Shown piece by piece: positions 1 to 9,233 of a stretch of DNA of 64,000 nt; positions within the stretch are counted from its first letter, which is position 1, and each line of letters opens with the position of its first letter. Origin of the DNA: an uncultured Actinomycetes bacterium (GTDB taxonomy: Bacteria > Actinomycetota > Acidimicrobiia > Spongiisociales > DATADW01); NCBI GenBank assembly GCA_963733905.1, contig CAVTEU010000007.1, forward strand, positions 356,556 to 420,555, given 5' to 3'. A model generated the notes under the pieces. The model saw only the letters and a program-made list of their open reading frames with translations, had not been told where the DNA came from and made no database searches. Both the position numbers and the translations under genes were made by a program.

Positions 1-455
1 AACCGCTCGATCTCCTCTTCCTCGTTCTCGTCCTGGATCTCGATGCCGGCGTCCTCGAGGACTTCGGGCATGGCGAAGATGGGGGCGTCGGTCCGGGCGG
101 CGAGGGCGATGGCGTCCGAAGGCCGCGACGACACCCGCACCTGCTTCCCGTCCTGATCGAAGATCAAATCGGCGTAGAACACCTGGTCGCGCAGTTCGGT
201 GACCACCACCTTCGAAACCCGGGACCCGAGTGCCTCGGAGACCGCCTTGAGCAGGTCGTGGGTGAGCGGGCGCTGCGGGACCATGTGCTCGAGGGCGAAG
301 GCGATGGCGGTGGCCTCGACGGCTCCGATCCAGATGGGTAGGTAGCGGGTCCCCGAGCTCTCTCGCAGCAGAACGATCGGCTGGTTGCTGGGAAGTTCGA
401 CCCTTACCCCAACCAGCTCCATCGAGATGCCGTCGTTGGGGTGTTCCCCGCTCAT
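1..455 (-). CDS. Bifunctional nuclease family protein (DUF151), 3' end runs off the window
   Basis: Hand translation [66 protein letters not shown]; ATG overlaps the hpt stop (ATGA). Confidence 0.9.
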   Translation of the reverse strand, partial: MSGEHPNDGISMELVGVRVELPSNQPIVLLRESSGTRYLPIWIGAVEATAIAFALEHMVPQRPLTHDLLKAVSEALGSRVSKVVVTELRDQVFYADLIFDQDGKQVRVSSRPSDAIALAARTDAPIFAMPEVLEDAGIEIQDENEEEEIER

Positions 456-1042
456 TCGGGCAGGTTATCACCGGGTGGTCTGAACAGCCGCGAGGCGAAT
501 CGCTGCGGCTCGAACTGGAAACTGACGAGGTCGAGCACCGCCCACACCGACCGCAAGTTGCGGAAGCGGCCCTCCCAGTCGAGCCCGTACCCGAGCAGGA
601 ACTCGTCGCCGACCTCGAATCCCCGGTACTCGAGCGGGACCTCGACGATGCGCCGCACCGCCTTGTCGAACAGGGTCACCGTTGCCAGCGAGGCCACTTC
701 ACGAGCCGCGATGAGTCGACGTAGCACCGTGAGCGAGAGCCCGGTATCGACCACGTCCTCGACCAGGAGGACGTGACGCCCCTCCAGAGAGGTCTCGGTG
801 TCCATGGCGATGCGCACCCGACCTCCCTCGCCGAACCTGGTGAGCGCAAGGAAGTCGACCTCGAGCTCGACGTCCATCGAACGGATCAGATCGGCCACGA
901 AAGGGAGCGCGCCTTGGAGCACGGCAACGAGAACAGGGCGACGATCCTGGTAGTCCTCGGCGAGTTGCGAACCAAGCTCTGCGATCCTGGAGCGCAGTGC
1001 TGGCTCCGGGATCACCTCGACCAGCGTCTCGTCAGTCGTCAC
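452..1042 (-). CDS. hpt: Hypoxanthine phosphoribosyltransferase
   Basis: PRPP motif VLLVEDVVDTGLSL, VLQGALPF, FLLGYGLD; GTG start at 1042 overlaps the upstream stop. Confidence 0.9.
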   Translation of the reverse strand: MTTDETLVEVIPEPALRSRIAELGSQLAEDYQDRRPVLVAVLQGALPFVADLIRSMDVELEVDFLALTRFGEGGRVRIAMDTETSLEGRHVLLVEDVVDTGLSLTVLRRLIAAREVASLATVTLFDKAVRRIVEVPLEYRGFEVGDEFLLGYGLDWEGRFRNLRSVWAVLDLVSFQFEPQRFASRLFRPPGDNLPE

Positions 1043-2060
1043 CGAAGAGACGTCCCAGCCATCCGAGCGAATCGAGCAGTGTCGGGAGGGCGTCGGGGAC
1101 CGGAGGGGTCGGCGGCGATGCAGCCACGGTTGTGTCCGTGGTAGGGGGTGCGATCGTGGTGGGAACGGTGGTGGACGCCGGGCCACCGTTTCCACCGGCT
1201 CGAGGACGGCGCGGGGGGTCGAATGCGTCGAACCCGTATTCGAGCAGCGTGCCGGCATCAGCGAAATGGTCGGCAGAACCCATCACCACGGCATAAAGCC
1301 GCCGGCCATTGCGCTCGGCACCGGATACCAACACCAGCCCGGAGAGCGGCGTGTCACCGGTCTTGAGCCCGAAGGCCCCCGGCACCTGCGACAGCAGCTT
1401 GTTGGTCCCGGTCACCACCCGCAGCGGCGACCCGGGGAGCACCGCCGACCTCAGCCGCATCATCCTTGCCAGCTCGGGGTGCTCCATCACCGCCTGGCCC
1501 ATCTCGACGAGGTCCTTGGCCGATGCGTAGTGGCCCTCGGCGTCGAGCCCACTCGGATTGGCGAAATGGGTGTTCTCCAAGCCCATCTGGTCGGCTTTGC
1601 GGTTCATCAGCCCGACGAAGCGGTCGATGGATCCGGCGACATGGATCGCCAGCAGGTCTGCGAGATCGTTGCCCGACTTCACCATCAAGCCGGTGAGCAT
1701 CTCCTCGACCGTCCAGCGCTCGTCCCGCCCTACTCCGATCATCTGCCCGCCGATGGGGATGTAGTCGTTGGGAACCTCGACGATCTCGTCCATCCCGGCC
1801 CGCTCGGCGACAACCAGCGCCGTCATGAGCTTGGTGGTCGATGCCATCCCCCGCCGGACGTCGGGCTCGTCGGCGGCTAGCAGCACGTCGTTGGTGTCGT
1901 CCCAGAGGATCCAGGTCGCCGAATCGATAGGCGGCGGCGGCGGGGCGTTGCGCACCCACGCCGGTGCCCCGCTCGACTCACCACCCTGCTCCTGGGCGAG
2001 CGCGCCGATCGGGGCGAGGGCGGACAGGGCGACGAGGAGGGAGGCGACGAGACGCATCAA
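1032..2060 (-). CDS. D-alanyl-D-alanine carboxypeptidase (peptidase S11)
   Basis: Signal peptide; SxxK (ASTTK), SxN (SGND) and KTG motifs; Pro/Thr-rich tail. Confidence 0.9.
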   Translation of the reverse strand: MMRLVASLLVALSALAPIGALAQEQGGESSGAPAWVRNAPPPPPIDSATWILWDDTNDVLLAADEPDVRRGMASTTKLMTALVVAERAGMDEIVEVPNDYIPIGGQMIGVGRDERWTVEEMLTGLMVKSGNDLADLLAIHVAGSIDRFVGLMNRKADQMGLENTHFANPSGLDAEGHYASAKDLVEMGQAVMEHPELARMMRLRSAVLPGSPLRVVTGTNKLLSQVPGAFGLKTGDTPLSGLVLVSGAERNGRRLYAVVMGSADHFADAGTLLEYGFDAFDPPRRPRAGGNGGPASTTVPTTIAPPTTDTTVAASPPTPPVPDALPTLLDSLGWLGRLFGDD

Positions 2061-2734
2061 CGATGAAGGATGGCTTGCGCTTGGATATCGAGCAAAGCGG
2101 CTTGGAGACGCTGGAGGGCATCCACGACCTCGCTCATAGTGTCGGCGAGGCGACGGCGGCCCTCGGGGCTGCGGTTCCGCTGCAAAGGCGCCACCAACTG
2201 CTCGAGTACGTCAACCGCCCGATCGGTCCCGATCCCCACCGAGCGGAGGTGGCGTGCCTCGAGCCCTGATGCGAAGAGTCGCGATGCCTGCACAGCCACG
2301 TCCACCGCTTCCTCGGCTACCAGACCGTCGTCGTCGGGGTCGAGCAGACCGTGGTCCACCAGTTGTCCGAGCTGGTCGAGCGACAAGCCGGAACGTCGCG
2401 CCAGGTCGTCGAACCCGATGCGCATCGGTTGGTCGCCGTCTGCCGATGGGCGGCGGCGGCTTCCATCAGGGCCCTCGCGGTCCTCTCCCCGCTCCCACAT
2501 GGTCAGCTTCGCCTTGATCACCTTGAGCGGGAGGTACTGGTCTCGCTGCAGCTCGAGGATGTACCGGAGCCGTTCCAGGTCCTCCTGGTGGAACTGGCGG
2601 TACCCCGATGCGCTCCGGGTGGGTCGGAGAAGTCCCTGGCTCTCCAGGAACCTGACCTTGGATACGGAGATCTCGGGGAACTCCTCCTGGAGGAGGTTTA
2701 TCGCTTCGCCGATGGTGAGCGCTCCGTTACTCAT
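2057..2734 (-). CDS. MerR-family regulator (FtsR-like)
   Basis: LTIGEAINLLQEEFPEISVSKVRFLESQGLLRPTRSASGYRQF..YLPLKVIK; lies downstream of a GarA-like gene as in other actinobacteria. Confidence 0.85.
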   Translation of the reverse strand: MSNGALTIGEAINLLQEEFPEISVSKVRFLESQGLLRPTRSASGYRQFHQEDLERLRYILELQRDQYLPLKVIKAKLTMWERGEDREGPDGSRRRPSADGDQPMRIGFDDLARRSGLSLDQLGQLVDHGLLDPDDDGLVAEEAVDVAVQASRLFASGLEARHLRSVGIGTDRAVDVLEQLVAPLQRNRSPEGRRRLADTMSEVVDALQRLQAALLDIQAQAILHR

Positions 2735-3182
2735 CGCCCAACGCCACCAGCATGTGGAACCGTCCGATGATGACCTCGTCACCAGGCTTCAGCGCCGCTC
2801 GGTCAACGCGGTCGCCGTTGACGTAGGTGCCGTTCGTCGAGCCGAGATCTTCGATCACGATCCCCTGCTCCTCGACCGTGAAGCGGCAATGGTCACGGGA
2901 GACGGTTACGTCGTCGAGGAAGATGTCCGAGTCGGGCGCCCGCCCGGCGCTCGCGGTCCCCAATGGGAGGACCCAGGTCTGCCCGGCGCGCGGCCCACGC
3001 TCGGCCACCAGGGCGAATCCGCTGAACCCGGAGAGATGGGCCGCCTCGTCAGGGGTGAGCGGCGGGGCGGTGGGGTCCATGGGGACGTACGTGATCGTCG
3101 GCTCGCTGTCGACGCTCGTACCGCAGCTTGGGCACACCGCGGCGCCCGGCGGCAGCTGAGCGCGACAATGGGGGCATTGCAT
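2727..3182 (-). CDS. Zinc-ribbon plus FHA domain protein (GarA/OdhI-like)
   Basis: CPHC..CPSCG ribbon; FHA motifs GRAPDSDIFLDDVTVSRDH and DLGSTNGTYVNG; TACGAT -10 box 7 nt before ATG 3182. Confidence 0.85.
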   Translation of the reverse strand: MQCPHCRAQLPPGAAVCPSCGTSVDSEPTITYVPMDPTAPPLTPDEAAHLSGFSGFALVAERGPRAGQTWVLPLGTASAGRAPDSDIFLDDVTVSRDHCRFTVEEQGIVIEDLGSTNGTYVNGDRVDRAALKPGDEVIIGRFHMLVALGDE

Positions 3183-3275
3183 GGCCATCATCGTAGTGAG
3201 GGGTCGGTCGGCCGCCTGGAAGCGGTCCTTCAAAGCGGCACGATTCGACTACCGTTTTCCACGGATGGGCCGGCG

Positions 3276-3800
3276 ATGAGACGACGGATCCCAAACCCGA
3301 AGCGACGTGGGTTGTTGTTGCTGGCGACAGCCGCAGTCGCCATCACCCTCGGTGTCATGGGATTGTCCGCCGCCGTGCTGCCCCAGCCGCAGGATCTCGA
3401 CGGGATCGTCATCCAGGGCTCGGTGGCCAAGCTCGTCGTTCGTGGTGACATCGACGGCGTGCTCCTGCTGCGAGATGCCGGGCTCAACACCTTCGATCGG
3501 TACTCGCGTGAGTTCGAATTGCTGTTCAACAGCGGGTACCGCCAGCGTGTCCGGTTCGCCGGCGTCGCCCCCGACGGCGCAGCCGAGGTCACCACTGGTG
3601 ATGGGATGCAAGCCCAGTTCGCCATCTTCGAGCGGGATTTCCTCTCGTTCGAAGGCGAGTGCACCATCGACTTCACCCGGTCCGACTTCGCCTGGCTCAC
3701 CGGCCGGGTCCGCTGCCCGGAGCTTCACTCGCTCCGAGGCGACGACGTGATAGTGCTCGATGCCGCGTTTCACAGCCCGATCTCGGGAGGGACGGGGTAA
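3276..3800 (+). CDS. Hypothetical membrane-anchored protein (paralog of 16725-17412)
   Basis: C-terminal 174 aa of the 2070..3800 ORF; MRRRIPNPKRRG plus hydrophobic anchor; fills the gap between convergent genes. Confidence 0.7.
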   Translation: MRRRIPNPKRRGLLLLATAAVAITLGVMGLSAAVLPQPQDLDGIVIQGSVAKLVVRGDIDGVLLLRDAGLNTFDRYSREFELLFNSGYRQRVRFAGVAPDGAAEVTTGDGMQAQFAIFERDFLSFEGECTIDFTRSDFAWLTGRVRCPELHSLRGDDVIVLDAAFHSPISGGTG

Positions 3801-3806
3801 GAGGAT

Positions 3807-3841
3807 CAGTACTTAGTACTTGGTACTCAGTAGCCAGAGCT
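3807..3841. repeat. Heptamer tandem array (YAGTACT-like x5)
   Basis: CAGTACT TAGTACT TGGTACT CAGTAGC CAGAGCT. Confidence 0.8.
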
Positions 3842-4797
3842 CAGAACCTGATCCGCCACCTCGAGGTACTGCCGAAGCGGGCACGCGAGGCGAGCAATTC
3901 TGGATCCACCGCCTCGCGGAGTCCGACGCTGATCAGATAGAAGGCGCCGCAGAGCAGTGTGATCCCGAGACCACCGGCGAGCAGGGCATTCCATGCGTAG
4001 TCCCGGGGAACCAGACCCGGTGATGGGAGCCCGCTGTAGATCAGGCTGCCGTAGCCGAACCAGTCACCCCCGGCACCGGTGAACTCGAGGAAGCCGAACG
4101 TGATCACGGCGCCGGTGACAGCAGCCATCATCTGCACCGCTGTCATCGGGAGCAGATGCGGCAGCAGGTGGATGCGGATGATCCACCATCCCGACCCTCC
4201 GGCGGTGCGCGCCGCCTCCATGAACGGTTTCGCCATCACGACCAGCGCCTGCGATCGGAGCACCAGCGCCGCCGTGCTCAGCCCGAACAGCAACCCGTAC
4301 AGGCCACCGAGGACGGGCGGCTGCAGGTGGGGAGCGCTCACCCCGATGATGAACAGCGCAACGGGCGGTGGAAGAAGGACGAGGGCGTCGGCAAGGTGGG
4401 TGAGTGCCCCGTCGATCGGACCCCGTCTGTAGGCGGCGATCGCCGCCACCGCGGTGGCCGCCAACCCCGCCACGAGGGCGGCCGAGAGGGCAACCTGGAG
4501 TGTCGGCCACGTGGAATGGGTGAACATGCTGAACACGTCGCGCCCGTAGCTGTCCGTTCCGAGGAGATGGCGAACCGAAATTCCCGCCGGATGGGTGATG
4601 GTGGCATCCCACCCCGCCACCGGCTCGTAGACCAGCCATTGCCCCCTCCACAGCGTGCGGGCCAGGATGGGCCGGGAAACCGCCAGCACCAGAAACCCGG
4701 CGAGCAAGCCGAGCCCGATGCGGATCTTGGCGTTGAGTGGGACCCTCGGCTGAGGAACACCGCGGGGCGGTGCTTCCGGGGGTGCCACCGCGGTCAC
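3841..4797 (-). CDS. Oligopeptide ABC permease (DppC/OppC-like)
   Basis: HLLGTDSYGRDVFS; EAA motif FMEAARTAGGSGWWIIRIHLLPHL; GLREAVDP. Confidence 0.9.
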   Translation of the reverse strand: MTAVAPPEAPPRGVPQPRVPLNAKIRIGLGLLAGFLVLAVSRPILARTLWRGQWLVYEPVAGWDATITHPAGISVRHLLGTDSYGRDVFSMFTHSTWPTLQVALSAALVAGLAATAVAAIAAYRRGPIDGALTHLADALVLLPPPVALFIIGVSAPHLQPPVLGGLYGLLFGLSTAALVLRSQALVVMAKPFMEAARTAGGSGWWIIRIHLLPHLLPMTAVQMMAAVTGAVITFGFLEFTGAGGDWFGYGSLIYSGLPSPGLVPRDYAWNALLAGGLGITLLCGAFYLISVGLREAVDPELLASRARFGSTSRWRIRF

Positions 4798-5978
4798 GCC
4801 ATCGCCGCCGTTCGAACGCGCGGATCGAGCACCGCAACCAAGATATCCATGAGAAGCCGCAGCACCAGCCCGATGATCCCCACCACGACCACCACTCCGA
4901 GCACCACCGGCGTATCGGCGGTCCCGACCGCCTCGAAGAAGGTCTGCGAAAGCCCCCCGACCTCCAGTTGCTGCTCGATGATGATCAGGGCGGTGAGGAT
5001 GTACGGGACACCGACGAACAACCTGGTGAGCACGGGGAGCATTGCGTTCCGCGCCACATGGCGGTCCCGCACCACGCGCCCCGGCAGCCCCTTGGCGTAT
5101 GCCGTCTTGACATAGTCCTCCGACGCCTCCTCGGCCATGCCGGTGCGCATCAGGATCGCGACCTCACCGAACCCGAGGATGATGAAGGCGATCATGGCGA
5201 GGAAAGGGCTGCCTCTCCCCACGTTCACACCGGCCGTGCCTCGGAACATGAGGTCGAGGGCCTCGGTCCCGGCACCGGTCAGCCCGACGCCTATCAGTGC
5301 CGCGATGATCGTCACCGGAAGGGCGAGAGCAGCCAGCAAGCGGAGGTCCCACCGCCTGGCATAGGCGCGCAGGGCGAATGCGGCGATCACCGCCCCCAGC
5401 ACCGAGACCGCCACCAAGGTGAGCACCTGCAGCTGGGTGAGATAGGTACTTCGCCACACCTGGAGGCTGTCGGAGGGGAGCCCGAGGGCGAACCGGAGCT
5501 CGTAGAACGGCATGGTCAGGAAGTAGGTCATCACGAAGACGAGCAGAGGTGGGAACAAGGTCGAGAGCAGGACGCTCGCCGTCGTGGCCGCCGAGCCAAC
5601 GGCACGGTTTCGATGCCAGGCGGCAACCCTCCCCAGCCACTCGCCGAGCAGATAAGCGAGGATCCCGCCCACGGCAAAGACCAGGAGGGTGAAGGGGAGC
5701 GATCGTCCGATGATCGCCGAGACCGGCTCACCGGTGTACGACATACCCAGGTCGCCCTGGGCAAGCCCCAGAACGTAGATGCCGACCCTGGCCAGCAGCG
5801 GACGGTCCAGACCAAGAGACTCGCGGAGTTCGTAGTAGTCGTCGCCCCTACCGCCAAAAGCGAATTGGGTGGCGAAGTCGAAAGGGAGCAGCAACTGCAA
5901 CCCAACGAAGACGATGACCACGAAGATGAGGAGCGTGACGACCGCCCACCCCAGCCTGCGGAGGAGGTAGTTGGTCAT
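4794..5978 (-). CDS. Oligopeptide ABC permease (DppB/OppB-like)
   Basis: YLLRRL N-terminus; EDYVKTAYAKGL..HVARNAMLP; DILVAVLDPRVR. Confidence 0.9.
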   Translation of the reverse strand: MTNYLLRRLGWAVVTLLIFVVIVFVGLQLLLPFDFATQFAFGGRGDDYYELRESLGLDRPLLARVGIYVLGLAQGDLGMSYTGEPVSAIIGRSLPFTLLVFAVGGILAYLLGEWLGRVAAWHRNRAVGSAATTASVLLSTLFPPLLVFVMTYFLTMPFYELRFALGLPSDSLQVWRSTYLTQLQVLTLVAVSVLGAVIAAFALRAYARRWDLRLLAALALPVTIIAALIGVGLTGAGTEALDLMFRGTAGVNVGRGSPFLAMIAFIILGFGEVAILMRTGMAEEASEDYVKTAYAKGLPGRVVRDRHVARNAMLPVLTRLFVGVPYILTALIIIEQQLEVGGLSQTFFEAVGTADTPVVLGVVVVVGIIGLVLRLLMDILVAVLDPRVRTAAMA

Positions 5979-5993
5979 GCTCCCTTGGGAGAG

Positions 5994-6377
5994 TCAGTCA
6001 TTCTCGGTGTGCGTCCGGTATGTCTCCGGCTCGAGCAGGCCGTCATATTCGGCGTCGTCGGCAGGCTCGATATCGACGAACCATCCGTCGTCGTATGGGC
6101 TCTGGTTGACCAACTCTGGATGGTCGGCCAACTCACCGTTCACCGCGGCAACTTTCCCGCTCAATGGCGCGTAGACCTCGGCTACCGATTTGGTCGACTC
6201 GACCTCGGCCAGTGTCTCTCCCTTGGTCAGCGATCGGCCTTGCTCGGGAAGATCGACGAAGACGATGTCGCCCAGGGCATCCTGTGCGTAGTCGGTTATG
6301 CCAACCCGTACCAGCCCGTTTGAGCGTTGCGCCCACTCGTGATCTTCGGTGAACCGACGGTCGTCGGGGACTTGCAT
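5994..6377 (-). CDS. gcvH: Glycine cleavage system H protein
   Basis: FTEDHEW..VGITDYAQDALGDIVFV; lipoyl motif EVESTKSV; VNQSPYDDGW. Confidence 0.95.
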   Translation of the reverse strand: MQVPDDRRFTEDHEWAQRSNGLVRVGITDYAQDALGDIVFVDLPEQGRSLTKGETLAEVESTKSVAEVYAPLSGKVAAVNGELADHPELVNQSPYDDGWFVDIEPADDAEYDGLLEPETYRTHTEND

Positions 6378-6429
6378 CCGAGCGGCCTCCAATCTCGCTT
6401 GGCGCCCCGGAGGATACCGGCGGCTTGGG

Positions 6430-6995
6430 CTACCGCGGCGAGCGAAGTCGGTTTCCTATCTCCCTCAGGTACTGGAATGCCACGATGTAATAGAGGACTA
6501 TCCCGACCACGCAGGTGATCCAGGCCCCCACCTCGAAGAAGGTGCGGAGACCGCTGGGGAACGATTCGACGGCGGCAAGGTAGAACGACGGGATGGCGCC
6601 GTAGAGGAGGAACGTGGCCCATTTGCCCAAGGGCCGCACCGCAACCCTCTCCCCCTTCCGGACGGTCAGCAGCACCGTGGCCACCGCCATGACCAACTCC
6701 CGAAGCACCAGCGCCGCGGCCAGCACCGGAGGTATCACGCCGACTATCCACCCGCCGACCACTGCGGCAAACACGGCGAGACGGTCCGCCACCGGGTCGA
6801 GCGCCTTCCCCAACTCCGAAACCTGACCAAGCCGCCGAGCCAGCCAACCATCGACCCAATCGGTCACCCCGATCGCGAACAGAAGCACCGCCGCCCACAG
6901 GAAGTTCTCCTCCCAAACGAGCAGCCAGACGAAAACGGGACAGCGAGCAGCCGGAGGAAGGAGATCAGGTTGGGGATGGTGAGGATGGCGTTCAT
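6430..6995 (-). CDS. CDP-alcohol phosphatidyltransferase (PgsA2-like), one indel near 6935
   Basis: MNAILTIPNLISFLRL joined to TDWVDGWLARRLGQVSELGKALDPVADR. Confidence 0.85.
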
Positions 6996-7024
6996 CTCCG
7001 AGGACGGAACGGTAGGAGTGCTTC

Positions 7025-7084
7025 AAGACGGAAGACGGAAGACGGAAGTAAAGACAGACGGCGACGGCAGACGGCGGACGGCAG
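7025..7084. repeat. Heptamer arrays AAGACGG x3 and CRGACGG x4
   Basis: aagacgg aagacgg aagacgg .. cagacgg cgacgg cagacgg cggacgg. Confidence 0.85.
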
Positions 7085-7106
7085 AACTGCAAACGTGCTC
7101 GAGGGT

Positions 7107-7135
7107 CTAAGTACTAAGTACTAAGTACTAAGTAC
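7107..7135. repeat. Perfect heptamer array CTAAGTA x4
   Basis: Four exact copies abutting the ABC ATPase stop codon; AT-rich in a 70% GC background. Confidence 0.95.
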
Positions 7136-8173
7136 TCAGGCTGCTCCCTGCTCCACCAGATAGCACGCCACGTAATGCCCATTGCCCTTGTCTTCGAGTG
7201 GGGGGTGGTCGTTCTGCCGGCAGATCTCGGCAGCCCAGGGGCAGCGTTCGATGAAACGGCACACAGGTGGCGGGTTGATCGGCTTGGAGATGCCGCCCTT
7301 GATCTCGACCGGGGTTCGTGTGTACGAGGGGTCGGGGACCGGCACCGCCGAGAGCAGCGCCTTGGTGTAGGGGTGGAGCGGGTTGGCCAGCAGCTCCTCG
7401 GTGCTCGCCAGCTCGACGATCTTCCCCAGGTACATCACGGCGATCCGGTCGCACATGTACCTGGCTACGGCGAGGTCATGGGTGATGTAGAGGTAGGAGA
7501 CGTCGAACTCGCTGCCGAGCTTGAGCATCAGGTCCATGATCGAGATGCGGATGCTCACGTCGAGCATCGAGGTCGGCTCGTCCGCCACCACGAACGAGGG
7601 GTCGAGCACCAGCGCCCTGGCGATGGCGACCCGCTGGCGCTGGCCCCCGGAGAGCTCGTGGGGGTAGCGGAACATGAAGGTCACCGGCGGGGTGAGCCCC
7701 ACCAGTTGGAGCAGTTCCATGACCCGCTCTTCCCGCTCGGGACGTGTGCCGACGCCCTGCACGGCCAGCGGCTCGGACATGGTGTCGTAGATGGTTCGGC
7801 GCGGGTTCATCGACTCGTATGGGTCCTGGAAGATCATCTGGACCCTGCGACGGAACGCCTTCATGTCTTCCCGCTTGATGTGGGCGACGTCGATGGCCTC
7901 GCTCCCCTCGGCCAGCAGGATCCGGCCGCCGGTCGCCTCCATCAGCTTGACCAGCATCCTCCCGGTGGTGGTCTTGCCGCACCCCGACTCCCCCACCAGC
8001 CCGAGGCTCTCACCGAGGGCGATGTCGAAGCTGACGCCGTCCACGGCATGGACGAAATCGGTGGCGGCACGGAACAGCCCCCGGGAGATGGGGAACTTTC
8101 TCTCCAGGTTCTCCACCTGGAGGAGGGGCGGGTTCACCGGGGTCAGCGGCGAGGGTGTTGCCGGGGCGGTCAT
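7136..8173 (-). CDS. Oligopeptide ABC ATP-binding protein (OppF/DppF-like)
   Basis: Walker [10 protein letters not shown]; LSGGQRQR; VADEPT; C-terminal HPYT and Cys cluster. Confidence 0.93.
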   Translation of the reverse strand: MTAPATPSPLTPVNPPLLQVENLERKFPISRGLFRAATDFVHAVDGVSFDIALGESLGLVGESGCGKTTTGRMLVKLMEATGGRILLAEGSEAIDVAHIKREDMKAFRRRVQMIFQDPYESMNPRRTIYDTMSEPLAVQGVGTRPEREERVMELLQLVGLTPPVTFMFRYPHELSGGQRQRVAIARALVLDPSFVVADEPTSMLDVSIRISIMDLMLKLGSEFDVSYLYITHDLAVARYMCDRIAVMYLGKIVELASTEELLANPLHPYTKALLSAVPVPDPSYTRTPVEIKGGISKPINPPPVCRFIERCPWAAEICRQNDHPPLEDKGNGHYVACYLVEQGAA

Positions 8174-9218
8174 CTGCGCAGCGCCTCCTCGAGCACGGGC
8201 ACCTCTTCCCAGTGCCAGCAGGCCACCCGGTGTCCGGGGAGCACCTCCTCGAGAGGTGGCTCCTCCACGGTGCACTTCTCGGTGGCGAACGGGCACCGGG
8301 GGTGGAAACGGCAGCCCGGTGGGCGGATGGAGCAGGTCGGGGGGCTCGCCGCTCGAGCGGGGCGAGCTTGCGCCGTGGCCCGGTGATCGACGGAGTGGAC
8401 CGGAGCAGCAGGTAGGCGTACGGATGGATCGGGCCGGGAGAACACATCGAGGGTGGTCCCGTACTCGACCAGCTTGCCGGCGTACATGACGCCGATCGAG
8501 TCGGTGACCTCGGCGATCACCGCGATGTCGTGGGAGATGTAGATGATGCTCATCCCCAGCTCCGCCTGGATCCTCTTCAGCTCCTTGAGGATCTGGTCCT
8601 GGACGATGACGTCGAGCGCTGTGGTCGGCTCGTCGGCGATGATCACCTGTGGGCTGCAGGAGAGCGCCATGGCGATCACGGCCCGCTGCCGCATTCCGCC
8701 GGAGAACTCGTGCGGGTAGCGGTCGAGCATCGCGGGGGCGAGGCCCACGCTCTCGGAAGAGCTGCGCCATGTGATGCCGCGTCTCGGCGTATGTCATCTT
8801 CGCCGCGGAGAAGTGGGTGTCGAGCGCCTCCTTGATCTGGTCGCCCACCCGCTGCACCGGGTTCCAGGAGTTCATGGCGCCCTGGAAGACCATGGCGATG
8901 TCGTTCCACCGCCGCTGCCGCATCTCTTCTTCGGTCAAGGCGATCAGGTCGGTTGCCGTCGAGCCTGATCTCACCCGAGACGAATCTGGCGTTGTCGGGG
9001 AGCAGCCTCAGCAGCGAGAGCGCCACCGAGGTCTTGCCACACCCCGACTCCCCCACCAGGCCGACCGCCTCCCCCTCGTGGATGGTGAAGCTGACGTCCT
9101 CGACCGCCGAAACGTCGCCCGCCTTGACCTTGTACCGCATCACCAGCTGGTCGACCTCGAGCAGCGGCTTGGTCGGGTCTACGGAGCGCGCCGAGAGGTC
9201 TTCAAGCGATGTGGTCAT
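8170..9218 (-). CDS. Oligopeptide ABC ATP-binding protein (OppD/DppD-like), several indels
   Basis: GESGCGKTS in ORF 8676..9218; [18 protein letters not shown] and CRFHPRC in 8170..8748. Confidence 0.85.
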
Positions 9219-9233
9219 CGAGGTCCTTTCGAT

